DNA of 60,418 bases. Source: a bacterium. GTDB taxonomy: Bacteria; Patescibacteriota; CPR2; UBA1875; JAJYID01. The notes under the pieces are model-generated. The model was not told the origin of the DNA. It saw nothing but the letters and a program-made list of their open reading frames with translations, and ran no database searches. The stretch spans positions 1-60,418 of the forward strand of contig JAJYLR010000004.1 of NCBI GenBank assembly GCA_021787535.1. The letters run 5' to 3'. This document shows, piece after piece, positions 1 to 9,606 of this stretch. The translations under genes and the position numbers were made by a program. Each line of letters opens with the position of its first letter. Positions within the stretch are counted from its first letter, which is position 1.

Positions 1-47
1 TTTCTTGCCTGACTTTCTGTCAGATCTGTTAACAGTTCTTTTTTCAT
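1..47 (-). CDS. 5' end of an unidentified CDS running off the window (MKKELLTDLTESQAR...)
   Basis: ATG at 47..45, GGAGG (64..60) 12 nt upstream, open to window edge; too short to name. Confidence 0.35.
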   Translation of the reverse strand, partial: MKKELLTDLTESQAR

Positions 48-173
48 GGAACAGATTTGCCTCCTTTCCACCTCTAGTTTACCTTAGATTAAAAGACGGG
101 TCTGTTCCAAATTGTTTATATAACTCGAAGAACTATGCGGTTTCATCGAAAAAATATATGCTAAAATATAGGT

Positions 174-1550
174 ATGAATAAAAAATTTCTTGCAATTTTT
201 GCTGCCAAGCAAGCCGGATTTTGGTCGCGCATTATGGGACGTGGTGGCGGTGCTGCGCTTCCCGGCCTTATTGCAATGAAGATTTATCCTGAGATTGTTA
301 CCGACTTAACAAAAGAGCTTGAAAAAGGTGTGCTTTTGATTACCGGTACCAACGGCAAAACCACTACTTCAAAGATGATTGCGGAGATTTTAAAGGCAAA
401 CGGCGAAAAAGTCCTTTCAAACTCCGGCGGGTCGAACCTGTCGCGCGGTATTGCTTCTGCTTTGATTGAGCAATCAAGTCTATTTGGCAAAATCAAAAAA
501 GAGATCGGCGTTTACGAAGTCGACGAAGCAACTTTGCCAAAAATTACACAATTCGTCAGTCCAAAAGCCATAATAATAACAAATATCTTCCGCGATCAGC
601 TCGACCGTTACGGCGAAGTTGATAAAACCGCCGCTATATTGAAACGGGCTATAAAATCAGCTCCAGATGCAGCTTTAATCTTGAACGCTGATGATCCGAT
701 CGTTTCTTCGCTTGGAAAAGATCAAGGGAATACAATTTACTTCGGTATTAGCGATGAAAAACTAGAAGCAAAGTCAGATCTTGCTATTGATATTAAAGAC
801 TGCTTGATCTGCGGAACCGAACTGGTTTATCTGCACAGATATTATGGACATATCGGAGAATATTTATGCGAAAATTGCGGTTTTACAAAACCAAAGACCT
901 CCGTTACGGCTAAAAATGTGCGGCTTTCGCCGGATAGAACATCAGCGGATATAAAAATAGGGAGAGAAAATGCTGCGCTCACCCTTCCGATGATTGGTCT
1001 TTATAATCTTTACAATGCTCTAGCAGCTGTCACAGCAGGAAATTTTCTGAAAATTAAAAACACGACTATATTTAAAACTTTAAATAATCAAAAACCGGCC
1101 TTTGGCCGCATGGAATCTTTTTTAGTAAATGACAAGAAAGCGGTTATTCATTTGGTAAAAAATCCGATCGGCTTCAATCAGGTTTTAGAGGCAATTACCC
1201 AAGACCGTAAGAGCAAAGTAGCACTAGTAGCTCTAAACGATAACTTCGCCGATGGCACCGACATTTCATGGATTTGGGACTCGGAATTTGAACTTTTTAA
1301 AAACGGGTTTAGGAAAATCATAGTCAGCGGCATAAGAAGCGAGGATCTTCGGCTCCGGCTGAAATATGCCGATGTAACAAGCAAAATTATTATCTCTGAG
1401 AAAGATCCATCGATTGCGTTTGACCATGCGCTAAATTTAACAAATACAAGCGAAACGCTCTATATCCTGCCGACTTATACGGCCATGCTGGAACTGCGAA
1501 ATAATCTGGTTAAAAAAGGCATTGTAAAGGATTACTGGAAAAAACGCTAA
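174..1550 (+). CDS. murT: Lipid II isoglutaminyl synthase subunit MurT (Mur-ligase family)
   Basis: 458-aa ORF; P-loop 'ITGTNGKTTT'; Cys4 ribbon 'CLICGTELV...CENCGF'; gatD partner 1.4 kb downstream. Confidence 0.85.
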   Translation: MNKKFLAIFAAKQAGFWSRIMGRGGGAALPGLIAMKIYPEIVTDLTKELEKGVLLITGTNGKTTTSKMIAEILKANGEKVLSNSGGSNLSRGIASALIEQSSLFGKIKKEIGVYEVDEATLPKITQFVSPKAIIITNIFRDQLDRYGEVDKTAAILKRAIKSAPDAALILNADDPIVSSLGKDQGNTIYFGISDEKLEAKSDLAIDIKDCLICGTELVYLHRYYGHIGEYLCENCGFTKPKTSVTAKNVRLSPDRTSADIKIGRENAALTLPMIGLYNLYNALAAVTAGNFLKIKNTTIFKTLNNQKPAFGRMESFLVNDKKAVIHLVKNPIGFNQVLEAITQDRKSKVALVALNDNFADGTDISWIWDSEFELFKNGFRKIIVSGIRSEDLRLRLKYADVTSKIIISEKDPSIAFDHALNLTNTSETLYILPTYTAMLELRNNLVKKGIVKDYWKKR

Positions 1551-1615
1551 GAGCATGCGTAAGAATCTCAACGAAAGGACTTTCAAAAACTTTCTCATTA
1601 TTTTAAAATAATCTC

Positions 1616-2917
1616 ATGAGGGTAAACTACCGAGAAGATAAAACAACGGATAAAGTCAGGCTTTTTGTATTTGCCGCCTTTGGATTTGCCGCCTTCGCCC
1701 TTGCGCTACTGCCTCTCTTTTTAGATTACACGTACAATCATCAATTTATTGTTTCTCTCCTAATCTCACTAACCTTCTCAGTATCTCTCACCGGCTATAT
1801 CTTAAGTCTGTTCATCCCTAAAAAAAGCTTTGCCATAGCAAATTATGAATTTCTTTTCTATACGGTAAGCGTCGCTTTAATCATCCATTACATCAGCTTC
1901 TTAAACGGCCCGCTTATTTTTATCTATGGACTCATTATTTTAGCTGCCGCATATTTTATGAATGCCCGCAACCTTACATACTTAAGCGGCCTGGCATCCA
2001 TACTCGTCATTACAGAGTATTTCCTTGCAACATCAAACGGCGAAGTAGTTTTTTCAATCACCGGCTTGACTTTCGTACTTTTGAGAGTATTGTATTTGGC
2101 GCTTTTAGCCCTAGCAGGCAAAAACCTGGGGCTTGATCTTAATATGCAGAAAAAGGAATATGCTAAAATAAATCAGCTTAATAAGGAATTAAGTGAGATT
2201 GATAGAGTCAAAAGCGAATTTATTGACGTAGCATCCCATCAACTAAAAACTCCCCTAACGGTTATTAAGGGCAATGCTTCTATGGCGCTGGAAGGCGACT
2301 ATGGCGAGGTAACAGACGAGCTTGTTATACCCTTAAAAGAAATAGATATCGGCGCCCAGCGGCTTACTGACATTATAAACAATGTCGTCGATACCTTAAA
2401 ATATGAGGAAGACCTGCCTCTGACGCTAAACAAAGAACATATGGATTTAAAGAAGATTATTACTTACGAAATGTACTCATTTGTATCTGATTCGTGGGCA
2501 AAGAATATTAAGATTGATCTACAAGATAAGGCGCCATCATCCCTTTTTACTATGATAGACCCTGAAAAAATAAAACTTGCTTTATCAATATACTTGGAAA
2601 ATGCTATCAAAAGAAGCTTGCATGGTGAAAAAGTTGAAGTCCTAGTCCATGAATCCAGAGGTAAAGCAGTAATTGAAGTATCAGACCTAGGTCCGCAGAT
2701 CACCGAATCAAGCCAAAGCAAGATCTTCAAAAGATTCTCTCCCGAACATAAAGAAAAAGCGAATCTGAATTTAAATCTTTATGTTGTCAAAAGAATTATT
2801 GATTCCCACAAAGGCAAGGCGTATTATAAATCGGGTGAAAAAGGCAGTAATATTTTCGGTTTTGAACTGCCCATAGAACGTATCGCCAAGAAAAACAGAA
2901 AAAGAATCAAGGTTTAG
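1616..2917 (+). CDS. Membrane sensor histidine kinase
   Basis: Several N-terminal hydrophobic helices; H-box 'ASHQLKTPLT'; N-box 'ENAIKRS'; degenerate G boxes; no adjacent response regulator. Confidence 0.8.
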   Translation: MRVNYREDKTTDKVRLFVFAAFGFAAFALALLPLFLDYTYNHQFIVSLLISLTFSVSLTGYILSLFIPKKSFAIANYEFLFYTVSVALIIHYISFLNGPLIFIYGLIILAAAYFMNARNLTYLSGLASILVITEYFLATSNGEVVFSITGLTFVLLRVLYLALLALAGKNLGLDLNMQKKEYAKINQLNKELSEIDRVKSEFIDVASHQLKTPLTVIKGNASMALEGDYGEVTDELVIPLKEIDIGAQRLTDIINNVVDTLKYEEDLPLTLNKEHMDLKKIITYEMYSFVSDSWAKNIKIDLQDKAPSSLFTMIDPEKIKLALSIYLENAIKRSLHGEKVEVLVHESRGKAVIEVSDLGPQITESSQSKIFKRFSPEHKEKANLNLNLYVVKRIIDSHKGKAYYKSGEKGSNIFGFELPIERIAKKNRKRIKV

Positions 2918-2924
2918 CTAGTTT

Positions 2925-3713
2925 ATGCCTATACAAAAATTGACTATTTTTCATCTTTACCCAGATGCTATGAATTTATACGGTGATCGAGGTAATGTAA
3001 TAACTCTTGTGCGCCGAATGCACGAGAGGGCTATTGATGTTGACTTAATCGAGATTAAAAGGGGTGATAAAGCCGACTTTAAGTACGCTGATATCGTATT
3101 TATGGGCGGCGGCCAGGATCGCGGCCAGAAAGTGATAGCCCCGGATCTGGCCCGCCGAACCGGACAAATCAAAAGTGAGGTCGAAAAGGGTCTGGTCTGT
3201 TTGACAATATGCGGCGGTTTTCAGCTTTTTGGCAAATATTTTAAAACCTCTGGCGGTGAGATACTTGAAGGAATTTCCATTTTCGATGCTTATACAGTCG
3301 GGTCAGACCAAAGATGTATAGGTAATATTGTTATAGATATAAGCGAAACACTACCCTCCCTCTGTCATTCCCGCGCCGGCGGGAATCTAAAAACCTTAGT
3401 CGGTTTTGAAAACCATAGCGGGCTTACATATCTTGAAGGCAATACCAAACCGCTTGGTAAAGTTCTGACCGGCTACGGCAATACCGGAGACAAAACCTAT
3501 GAGGGAGCAGTCTATAAAAACTGTTACGGCACCTACCTGCACGGACCCGTCCTGCCAAAAAATCCTCATTTCGCCGATCATTTAATCCAAACTGCCATCA
3601 ACCGCAGATACGGAAGCTGGGCTCCAATGAAAAAAATAGATGATTCTATAGAAATCGCCGCCCACAAAGCAGCAATTGCCCGAGCCAAAACCGCCAAAAC
3701 CGCGCATATATAA
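2925..3713 (+). CDS. gatD: Lipid II isoglutaminyl synthase glutaminase subunit GatD (CobB/CobQ-type amidotransferase)
   Basis: 'TICGGFQLFG' nucleophile elbow, 'GFENHSG', 'YLHGPVLPKNP'. Confidence 0.85.
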   Translation: MPIQKLTIFHLYPDAMNLYGDRGNVITLVRRMHERAIDVDLIEIKRGDKADFKYADIVFMGGGQDRGQKVIAPDLARRTGQIKSEVEKGLVCLTICGGFQLFGKYFKTSGGEILEGISIFDAYTVGSDQRCIGNIVIDISETLPSLCHSRAGGNLKTLVGFENHSGLTYLEGNTKPLGKVLTGYGNTGDKTYEGAVYKNCYGTYLHGPVLPKNPHFADHLIQTAINRRYGSWAPMKKIDDSIEIAAHKAAIARAKTAKTAHI

Positions 3714-3721
3714 TCAAGGGT

Positions 3722-4812
3722 ATGACAGAAGAAATTAAAATTTTAGGAGCAGGCCCTCGGGTCTTACGGCAGCCATTAATCTAGTCAAGTCTGGTTATGA
3801 TGTGCAAGTTTTTGATATTAATAAAACTTCTGGCGCCCGTTTCGGAGAAGATTTGCAAGGGTTGGAAAACTGGTCTGACAAAGAAGACACCCTAGACCTT
3901 TTGCAATCTTTTAGACTAGAAACATCATTTTATTTTAAGCCGTTTTTCAAATCGACTTTTACAAATACCAGCAAAAGCGTTGATCTAATAACCAAGGTTC
4001 CGTTGTTCTATTTAGTCAAACGCGGTATTTCTTCGAATTCACTGGATCAAGTATTGCTAAACCAGGCAGAAAAGAACGGTGTTAACGTCCATTTCGATAA
4101 AACAATCCCGGTAAATGAAGCGGATATCATCGCTACAGGCCCATTTAACAAAAAACCGGCTGCCTTCGGTCAAGGCATAACTTTTAAGACAAATCATAAA
4201 GATATCTCTGTTTCTATCATTAACAACAGTACTTCTTGTCTGGCATATGCATATCTTCTAGTCGCAGATGGTCATGGCTGTATAGCTACAGTTCTATTTG
4301 ATGATTTTACAAATGCCAAAAATTATCTTAAAGAGAGTATCAAAACCTTCGAAAAAATTACAAGAATAACCTACGAAAATACTCGTCCATTTGGGAGTTT
4401 TGGCAACTTCTCCCTACAACCTGAATATAAGGATGGTGATGCGCTTTTGGTCGGAGAAGCTGCGGGTTTGCAAGATTTCTTGGCCGGCTTTGGTATGAAA
4501 ACCGCGATTAAATCCGGTTATTTGGCGGCAAGAAGCATAATAGAAAATACAGATTACCAGGAGATCGCCAAGCGAGAATTCAGCGATTACCTGAAAGCCG
4601 GCATTGTAAATCGCTATCTTTTTGAAAAGGACGCAAAGCATCATCACAAACTTTTCCTTTCCGGTATCGAAAGGCCAGATTTCCCTGAAATCCTGCAATC
4701 ACTGTACAACTTCAATAAATACCAAAGAAGGCTCTACCCGTTGGCTTATAGGTATATCAAGAAAAAATACCCTAAAGTCTTAGGTAAAACCGCCAAAACG
4801 GTTCATCTATAA
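3722..4812 (+). pseudogene. FAD-dependent oxidoreductase (geranylgeranyl-reductase-like), frameshifted in the Rossmann GxGxxG motif
   Basis: 'MTEEIKILGAGP' in frame 2 (stop 3782..3784) continues as 'SGLTAAINLVKSGYDVQVFD...' in frame 1. Shift lies at 'ggccctcgg' 3752..3760. The 336-aa track ORF starts at an internal GTG. Confidence 0.6.
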
Positions 4813-4874
4813 AAAAACAAGATACAAGAAGCAATAACCAAGCAAATTCCAATTTCCAAATTAAAAATTAAAAA

Positions 4875-5297
4875 CTACGAAGCTTTAATAATAATAGATG
4901 AGAGAATGTTTTTAAGCTCAGTCGCCTCTTTTTCGCATTCGTCTATTTCATCTGCAAAGGATTCATTTGCTTCCTTTAAAACCTCAAGCCAGTGTATTGC
5001 CTCTTTTGCCTCTCTTCTAGCTATCCTGAGTTTATTTAAAAAATCGGCTTTACCGAGGGCATCATTTGCTTCGCGGTAGTTCGCTCCCACCGAGCCGCTC
5101 GAGCCAATAACTTGATCAATGGGTCTATTGTTAATAGGGTTTCTCGGTAACTTTTTGCATAATCTAACAATCATCTTTGCAAATTCGGTTGTTCTCTCCT
5201 CAAGATCAAATGTTCTTTTGCCTTGTTTGCTATTTGAATTTTTGGAATTTGGGATTTGTTTGTAACTTGTATCTTGGTGTTTGTGTCTTATTTGCAT
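4875..5297 (-). CDS. Four-helix-bundle protein (23S rRNA intervening-sequence-protein family)
   Basis: 'FDLEERT...', 'GANYREA', 'ARREAKEAIHWLEVL' family signatures; low-complexity N-terminus encoded by an aatttc-type repeat. Confidence 0.75.
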   Translation of the reverse strand: MQIRHKHQDTSYKQIPNSKNSNSKQGKRTFDLEERTTEFAKMIVRLCKKLPRNPINNRPIDQVIGSSGSVGANYREANDALGKADFLNKLRIARREAKEAIHWLEVLKEANESFADEIDECEKEATELKNILSSIIIKAS

Positions 5298-5305
5298 CTT
5301 GATCT

Positions 5306-6817
5306 CTAGTTTTTCGGTCTATACTGAAGCGCTTCGGCAATATGTTGGGTTTTGATATTGCCGCTTGCATCAAGATCAGCGATAGTTCTCGCGATTTTCA
5401 AAATTTTTGAATAAGACCTAGCTGATAAATAGAGTTTTTCTATTGCCGACTTCAAAAGTTCGGTTGACTTGTCGCTTAGCTGGCAATATTTTTTAATTTC
5501 ACTCGCAACCATCTCTGAGTTTGTGATTTTGCCGGATCCTTTAAACCTTTCAAGCTGCACTTCTCTGGCCCTCAAAACTCTGGCTCTGACATTAACCGAG
5601 CTCTCCCCTTTTTCGTCTGAAATAAGTTTATTATGCTCTACGCGCGGAACTTCAATATGCAGATCGATCCTATCAAGTATCGGCCCTGATATTTTCTTTT
5701 GATATTTAATAATCTGGCTCGGCGTACAGGAACAGTTTTTGACCGGATCATTTAAGAATCCGCAGGGACAGGGGTTTTGGGCAGCCACGAGCGTAAACTT
5801 AGCCGGAAAAGTCAGAGTGCCGTTTGCCCGGGAGATTGTTACTGTTCCATCTTCAAGCGGCTGTCTCATCATTTCAATCACCGATCGCGGAAACTCAGGC
5901 AGTTCATCCAGAAAAAGAACTCCCCGGTGCGCCAGAGAGATTTCCCCCGGCTTCGGCCACTGCCCGCCACCAACGAGGGCAATATTGGACGCTGTATGAT
6001 GCGGATTCCTGATCGGCCTTGTGGTAACCAGTGCCTTATCTTTAGGTAAAATACCGGTAATCGAGTAAATTTTTGAAATCTCAAGAGCCTCATCGAAGGT
6101 CAGGGGCGGCAAAATCGTAGTCAAGGTCTTGGCAAGCAAGGTTTTGCCCGACCCCGGCGGTCCGCTCATTAAAATATTATGCCCGCCTGCCGCCGCAATC
6201 TCCAGCGCCCTTTTAGCATGTTCCTGACCTTTGACATGCGCCATATCCAAAAAAGGATCATCCTCCTCGCGAAACTCAACCCTGAAGGGCTTTTCTTTAG
6301 CAATTTTTTTCTCGCCGCGAAAATGCAACATTAAATTCTTTAAATTATCAACCGGAATCACCTCGGCTCCCTCCACTATTACTGCCTCTTTGCCGTTAAC
6401 CTTCGGGATAAAGAATTTCTTATAATCCTTCTCTTTCGCCATAATTGATATCGGAAGCACCCCGTTTATTTTCCTGAGTTTCCCTCCAAGAGAAAGTTCT
6501 CCAACTACCAGTGAATTTTCATTGTCAAACTCAATTTGCCCGGAAGCTGCCAAAATACCAAGGGCAATCGGCAGATCAAAGGCCGGACCCTCCTTTTTTA
6601 TGTTGGCCGGCGCCAAGTTTACCGTAATTCTCTTCTGGGGAAAGTTTCCGCCGGAGTTTTTGATAGCGCTTTTAACCCTCTCTTTCGCCTCTTCGACCGC
6701 TTTGTCCGGAAGCCCGACAATATTAAAACACGGCAGGCCGCTTGAAAGGTCCACTTCCACATCAATCTCTTCGCACTCGAGCCCGATAACCGTAGCCGAC
6801 TTCACTTTGCTTAACAT
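5306..6817 (-). CDS. comM: YifB/ComM family Mg-chelatase-like AAA+ ATPase
   Basis: 503 aa; Lon-like N-domain, 'MSGPPGSGKT' Walker A, 'LFLDELPEF' Walker B, C-terminal 'HIAEALQYR'. Confidence 0.9.
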   Translation of the reverse strand: MLSKVKSATVIGLECEEIDVEVDLSSGLPCFNIVGLPDKAVEEAKERVKSAIKNSGGNFPQKRITVNLAPANIKKEGPAFDLPIALGILAASGQIEFDNENSLVVGELSLGGKLRKINGVLPISIMAKEKDYKKFFIPKVNGKEAVIVEGAEVIPVDNLKNLMLHFRGEKKIAKEKPFRVEFREEDDPFLDMAHVKGQEHAKRALEIAAAGGHNILMSGPPGSGKTLLAKTLTTILPPLTFDEALEISKIYSITGILPKDKALVTTRPIRNPHHTASNIALVGGGQWPKPGEISLAHRGVLFLDELPEFPRSVIEMMRQPLEDGTVTISRANGTLTFPAKFTLVAAQNPCPCGFLNDPVKNCSCTPSQIIKYQKKISGPILDRIDLHIEVPRVEHNKLISDEKGESSVNVRARVLRAREVQLERFKGSGKITNSEMVASEIKKYCQLSDKSTELLKSAIEKLYLSARSYSKILKIARTIADLDASGNIKTQHIAEALQYRPKN

Positions 6818-6863
6818 AAGCGTAATTTTACGCTAAGCCAAAAGCCAAAACAAGTATACAAAA

Positions 6864-7145
6864 TTATTTATAGAGACCACCTAAACCCAAAATAGAAAGG
6901 ATAGGATTCAAAAGATTTGTTTGAGCAATAAGGAGGTAAAACACTATGAGAACGAAAAAGAATGATCCGACATAGATAAGGTTGCGCCTCAGTTCTGACT
7001 TAAAAATTAAATCCTCTTTGGATAAGGTCTTTGCTCCCGGTTTTTCTTTGTTTTGAGCTTTAACTTCTGTCTTTGCTGCCCTTTCTACCTGACCGTATTT
7101 TAGATTTCTTTTTCTCTCAGTTTTTTTTCTTTTCTTTGCCATCAT
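6864..7145 (-). CDS. Hypothetical small protein, basic N-terminus plus one C-terminal TM helix
   Basis: ORF with GAAGGAG SD just before tandem ATG ATG (7145/7142); the upstream 14 codons of the track ORF are probably not translated. Confidence 0.5.
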   Translation of the reverse strand: MMAKKRKKTERKRNLKYGQVERAAKTEVKAQNKEKPGAKTLSKEDLIFKSELRRNLIYVGSFFFVLIVFYLLIAQTNLLNPILSILGLGGLYK

Positions 7146-7222
7146 ATCTCCTTCATAGCTTCTACAATTATATATTAGCCAGCTCAATACTTGAATACTT
7201 ATTCGTACCCCAAACTTTCCCC

Positions 7223-7252
7223 TTGAAAAAGTTCTTGAAATGTCTTTATAAT
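7223..7252 (+). promoter_or_regulatory. Sigma70-like promoter (TTGAAA-18-TATAAT) for the DUF4446 gene
   Basis: TTGAAA 7223..7228, TATAAT 7247..7252; implies an about 150-nt structured leader. Confidence 0.4.
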
Positions 7253-7412
7253 ATAGGACACCGACTTCAGAGCGAGCTATATTCTTATAAATTATTTTTA
7301 CACTATATTAACTCCTCAGCTCGGATATGAAAATTTTCATATCACTCGCTCTACGTCGCTAATGAAAGAACTTTGGCGGGTAATATAACCGTTTTTTAAT
7401 TTTGAGATAAAT

Positions 7413-7892
7413 ATGCCGAATACAAATATTATTATAATTATTTTAGCGGCTTTCGTAGCAGTTCTTATGCTATGGGTAATTTTTTTGACCTACCGCCAAA
7501 ACAAAATGTATAAAAGAATCGGAGAACTCTTTGATACCTCAAAAAACGGCGATGTGTATGAGATCTTAAAGAAATATTTGGATGGTACCAAAGAAGTTGG
7601 AAATTACGCTAAAAAACTTCAGATTGAAATGGTGAAAATGTCGAAAAAAATGCAGTCAAGCATCCAGAGAATCGGCTTTATCAGATACAACCCTTTCGGT
7701 AAAAACGACACCGGCGGGAATCAGAGTTTTTCTATAGCCCTTCTTGACAATGACAAAAACGGCTTTGTTCTGACCAGTATGCATGCCCGGGAAGGTACCA
7801 GAGTTTATGCCAAACAGGTCAGAAACGGCGCTTCCCAGAACACACTGAGCAAAGAAGAGGAAGAAGCGATTCAAAAAGCAGCAAAAGAATAA
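7413..7892 (+). CDS. DUF4446 family protein
   Basis: N-terminal TM helix; 'RYNPFGKNDTGGNQSFSIALLD...GFVLTSMHAREGTRVYAKQV' matches my recollection of the DUF4446 core. Confidence 0.7.
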   Translation: MPNTNIIIIILAAFVAVLMLWVIFLTYRQNKMYKRIGELFDTSKNGDVYEILKKYLDGTKEVGNYAKKLQIEMVKMSKKMQSSIQRIGFIRYNPFGKNDTGGNQSFSIALLDNDKNGFVLTSMHAREGTRVYAKQVRNGASQNTLSKEEEEAIQKAAKE

Positions 7893-7925
7893 AGTGATTT
7901 AGTAAATATTAAAAAAGGAGCAAAC

Positions 7926-8366
7926 ATGTTCGAAAAAAAGGAAGAGTCGACGTTTACCATGAATCCCGAGACCGTGGAAACAATAGTCGGTTCGTCAGTT
8001 AAACTAAAGGGAAACTTAAAGAGTGACGGAGACATCAACATTAACGGAAGTGTTTCCGGTGACGTCAAGACAAAATCCAGCGTCAAAATAGGCCCGACCG
8101 CAAGTGTTGTTGCTAGTATCAAGGCCAAAAATGTTCAAGTTTCCGGCGTAGTTCAGGGTAATATTGAAGCCAAAGAAACCCTGGAGATTTCAGAAACAGG
8201 CAAAGTTTACGGCGACATTCAAGCCGGTGTTTTAGTAGTGTCTCCGGGAGCTCTCTTCTCGGGCAAGTGCGTAATGGCTGAAACTAAAAGAGAAGAACTT
8301 GAACTTGAACCGATCTTAGAGGTCGAAGAAGAATCCCAGGAAAAAGAGAAAAGCGGCAAGAAATAA
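7926..8366 (+). CDS. Bactofilin (polymer-forming cytoskeletal protein)
   Basis: Repetitive beta-helix pattern 'VKLKGNLKSDGDININGSVSGDV...VSGVVQGNIEA...VYGDIQAGVLVV', acidic tail. Confidence 0.8.
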   Translation: MFEKKEESTFTMNPETVETIVGSSVKLKGNLKSDGDININGSVSGDVKTKSSVKIGPTASVVASIKAKNVQVSGVVQGNIEAKETLEISETGKVYGDIQAGVLVVSPGALFSGKCVMAETKREELELEPILEVEEESQEKEKSGKK

Positions 8367-8415
8367 TCCGCGCATTTCATTTCAAATTTCTAATTTCAAA
8401 TTGTAAATTATTTTT

Positions 8416-9330
8416 ATGTACTACTATATTTTAAATCCTGCTTCCGGAGGCGGACGTATTAACAAAATTCAAGACCGCCTGAAATCTCGCTTAGAAGAAC
8501 TCGGCATAGCCGGCGAGTTTGTTAAAAGTATCGGCGAGGGTGATATTACAAAGCTTACTGCCATGGGTATCAAGAAAGGATACAAGACCATAGTTGCAGT
8601 AGGCGGTAATGGCACTATTAACGAGGTTATAAACGGAATCGGAAAAAGTGATGTCGCTATCGGTGTTATCCCTATCGGCCAAAAAAATGAACTTGCTAAG
8701 CTGCTTGGAATTAACGACTGGCAAAGCGCCTGCAATATTCTGGCTGCCAGAAAGATTGATACTTTAAGGATAGGCCGTATCGGCAAAAGCTACTTTATCA
8801 CCAGTGTAAATATCGGTTTTGAAGCGGAAATGGCTATTCAAAAAGCTGACGATCAGACTTTAATCCAAAAAACTATGTATTTAAAAAGTGCCCTTTCGTG
8901 GTCCTCAAAGTTTAAACCGCAAAAAGCCACGCTGAACTTTAACGATAACTTTAAAGTAGATACGCGATTTTTTAATATAAAAGTTTTAAACAGCGGATTC
9001 CCTCAGTTTAAAAGAGACCAAGACGACGCAAGTCTTCTAAACGTCATGATAACTGGCAAAATGCCGCACATGACATCACTAAAATATATACTCGATCCGG
9101 ACGGTTTGAAACCAGAGAAAAAACCAGATCTTTCACTTTTTAGAACAAAAAAAGTCATAATCAATACCGAAAAGTCCCTGCCCGTATCGGTAGATGGCAA
9201 AATTCTTTGTAAAACTCCGATTGTGTGCGAGGTTTCAAATAAGGAACTGAAAATAATCGTCGCCCGAAAAAAAGCTCCTTCAAAGCCATCTTTAAAACCA
9301 ACAAAATCTACTTCAAAAAATAAACCTTAA
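8416..9330 (+). CDS. Diacylglycerol/lipid kinase family protein (YegS/BmrU-like)
   Basis: 'IVAVGGNGTINEV' DAGK catalytic motif; Lys/Ser/Pro-rich tail. Confidence 0.75.
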   Translation: MYYYILNPASGGGRINKIQDRLKSRLEELGIAGEFVKSIGEGDITKLTAMGIKKGYKTIVAVGGNGTINEVINGIGKSDVAIGVIPIGQKNELAKLLGINDWQSACNILAARKIDTLRIGRIGKSYFITSVNIGFEAEMAIQKADDQTLIQKTMYLKSALSWSSKFKPQKATLNFNDNFKVDTRFFNIKVLNSGFPQFKRDQDDASLLNVMITGKMPHMTSLKYILDPDGLKPEKKPDLSLFRTKKVIINTEKSLPVSVDGKILCKTPIVCEVSNKELKIIVARKKAPSKPSLKPTKSTSKNKP

Positions 9331-9344
9331 ACTACTAAAGTCAA

Positions 9345-9512
9345 TTATTGCTCTTTATCAATTTGGTTTGGCAACTTCCCTGTCTTCACAAATAACCTAA
9401 AATCATCTGCCATTATCAGCCATTGAGAATGTCCCAATGCTTCCCTTGGAATTGCTTCAAGGAATTTGTTAGAATACCGATCAAATTCTTTTAAAAATGA
9501 TTCTTTTTGCAT
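9345..9512 (-). CDS. Possible 55-aa hypothetical ORF (below track threshold)
   Basis: ATG 9512..9510 to TAA 9347..9345 (MQKESFLKEFDRYSNKF...); no clear SD. Confidence 0.25.
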   Translation of the reverse strand: MQKESFLKEFDRYSNKFLEAIPREALGHSQWLIMADDFRLFVKTGKLPNQIDKEQ

Positions 9513-9561
9513 AAGTTAATCTTAATTTGCCTGAGATATGAAAACAAGTATACAAAGAAAA

Positions 9562-9583
9562 GAGACGCCATTTCTGGCGTCTC
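9562..9583 (-). terminator. Intrinsic terminator of the GC-rich three-gene operon
   Basis: 9-bp stem gagacgcca/tggcgtctc, loop tttc, T-rich tract on the minus strand (9541..9561). Confidence 0.6.
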
Positions 9584-9606
9584 GTACCATAGCATGAAAC
9601 TATGCC

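Noticed and set aside
5469-6836. Cluster of 60-104-aa plus-strand ORFs opposite the comM-like gene. Similar antisense ORFs occur throughout the track, e.g. 284..496, 1924..2121, 11110..11727, 14327..14689, 15125..15583, 20246..20854, 51020..51541, 55758..56764.
   Set aside because: They lie wholly inside longer ORFs with strong family motifs on the other strand. They have no SD and their composition is low-complexity or Ser/Pro/Arg-rich, typical of shadow frames.
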